Sequence record: OZ346201.1
DNA from: a phage
Reading direction: 5' to 3' (one strand)
Length of the DNA stretch: 64,000 nt
Made by a program: the position numbers and the translations under genes
Shown: piece by piece, positions 63,198-64,000 of the stretch
How the letters are laid out: every line of letters begins with the position of its first letter
Position numbering within the stretch: position 1 is the first letter of the stretch
The notes under the pieces: model-generated
The model's input: only the letters and a program-made list of their open reading frames with translations
What the model was told of the DNA's origin: nothing
Database searches by the model: none

Positions 63198-63547
63198 TAT
63201 TCGTCCTCCTCTTCGGTACCTGCTTCCAGTAATAAGTTAAGAATATCTTCTGCACAAGGTTCATAGAACTCTTGGCCTTCATTATCGATGATTTTGTAGT
63301 CATCTCCACGAATAATCAGGGGATCACTATCAAAATTATCGAGACCTTTAACAACGACAACACGATCGATTGCCATCATTGTAAGAACTTTATCGACATC
63401 TTCCTCTGCTACACCATACTGCAGCAGAATGTCTTTGGTAGGAGGAACAGCATCCACCACAACGCCGTTACCAAAACCTTCTGGAAGTTTAGCTAAAATA
63501 TCTTCCGGAACCACATTCACATCAAAACCGGTAATTTCTACTTTCAT
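63197..63547 (-). CDS. small acidic protein, paralog family D
   Basis: 116 aa; shares ..EED[VI]...L.M[ML]..D..V.V.G.. pattern with 63548..63808. Confidence 0.5.
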   Translation of the reverse strand: MKVEITGFDVNVVPEDILAKLPEGFGNGVVVDAVPPTKDILLQYGVAEEDVDKVLTMMAIDRVVVVKGLDNFDSDPLIIRGDDYKIIDNEGQEFYEPCAEDILNLLLEAGTEEEDE

Positions 63548-63808
63548 TTACAGCACCTCTTCGTCAACTACTTCATAAAAATGGCCTGGGATTGCAATAG
63601 CGTTCTCACCTTCACCTACAAACACAGTTCCGTCAAGAATCAACATCATAAGAATTTCTGTAATATCCTCTTCCGGAACGTTGCCAAAACCTTTAATCAG
63701 CTCGTAGGTTGGAATATTTACCTCTAAGATGTCACCATCTTTAGAACGGAAATCAACACCGTCCTGAATCTCTGCCGTTTCAAGGTTTTTCAATTTAATC
63801 TTCATCAA
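63548..63808 (-). CDS. small acidic protein, paralog family D
   Basis: 86 aa; tandem with 63197..63547. Confidence 0.5.
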   Translation of the reverse strand: MMKIKLKNLETAEIQDGVDFRSKDGDILEVNIPTYELIKGFGNVPEEDITEILMMLILDGTVFVGEGENAIAIPGHFYEVVDEEVL

Positions 63809-63837
63809 TCGGTCCCCTGTCTTGTTAAGATGAAGGT

Positions 63838-63866
63838 ATTATTTCACACAGGGTTGGCGTTGTCAA
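63838..63866 (-). promoter_or_regulatory. minus-strand sigma70-type promoter
   Basis: Minus strand reads TTGACA-N17-AATAAT upstream of the gene at 63548..63808. Confidence 0.5.
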
Positions 63867-64000
63867 CACCTGTGTGCAAGAAAATTACTGAAACAGTGCG
63901 GATAAATTACCTTCTGGTGGGAACTTATCTGCCAAAAACGGTGTTAGCACAGTAGCCTTCTGAAGATCTGGGGTCCACTCGTTGTTCAGAACATCCCAGT

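Noticed and set aside
1-64000. tRNA genes, integrase/repressor (lysogeny) module, CRISPR-Cas
   Set aside because: No tRNA-like acceptor/T-loop signatures seen by eye in the non-coding stretches, and no integrase, repressor or Cas motifs among the ORFs; tRNAscan-SE was not run, so absence of tRNAs is provisional.

Overview
This window reads as a large stretch of a tailed dsDNA phage genome (Caudoviricetes), with enterobacterial-type sigma70 promoters and Shine-Dalgarno sites; I found no integrase, repressor, tRNA or CRISPR array. Layout: (1) 1-12.6 kb, rightward tail-fibre module: a 5'-truncated virion ORF, two paralogous ~347-aa tail fibres, a 581-aa fibre/spike and an 1878-aa fibre with an Ig-like domain. 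(2) 12.6-19.6 kb, leftward block of small Cys-rich ORFs, a HAD-like phosphatase, a tandem array of four 87-aa paralogs (one frameshifted) and a vWA protein with an HExxH motif. (3) A perfect 254-bp palindrome at 19507-19760, exactly where the leftward and rightward blocks diverge. (4) 19.7-37.7 kb, rightward replication module: MoxR-like AAA+ ATPase, SleB-like hydrolase, rIIA and rIIB homologues, Dda-like helicase, two DNA methyltransferases, primase-helicase, and a family A DNA polymerase whose 3' end is broken by a frameshift and an intervening segment. (5) 37.7-57.5 kb, early-type region of about 60 small ORFs with many near-consensus TTGACA/TATAAT promoters, hairpin terminators, a macro-domain protein, an SSB with a DDDIPF tail, a repeated ~45-bp intergenic element, and a repeat-rich non-coding locus at 45.7-46.7 kb. 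(6) 57.5-59.9 kb, a 2.4-kb ORF-free region dense in short repeats and dyad symmetries. (7) 59.9-64 kb, leftward small acidic ORFs. The strongest candidates for something undescribed are the palindrome with the MoxR/vWA pair around it, the macro-domain gene, the split polymerase and the repeat-rich non-coding loci. All calls are from reading motifs by eye; no database search or computation was run, and coordinates of features not taken from the ORF track are approximate to a few nt.
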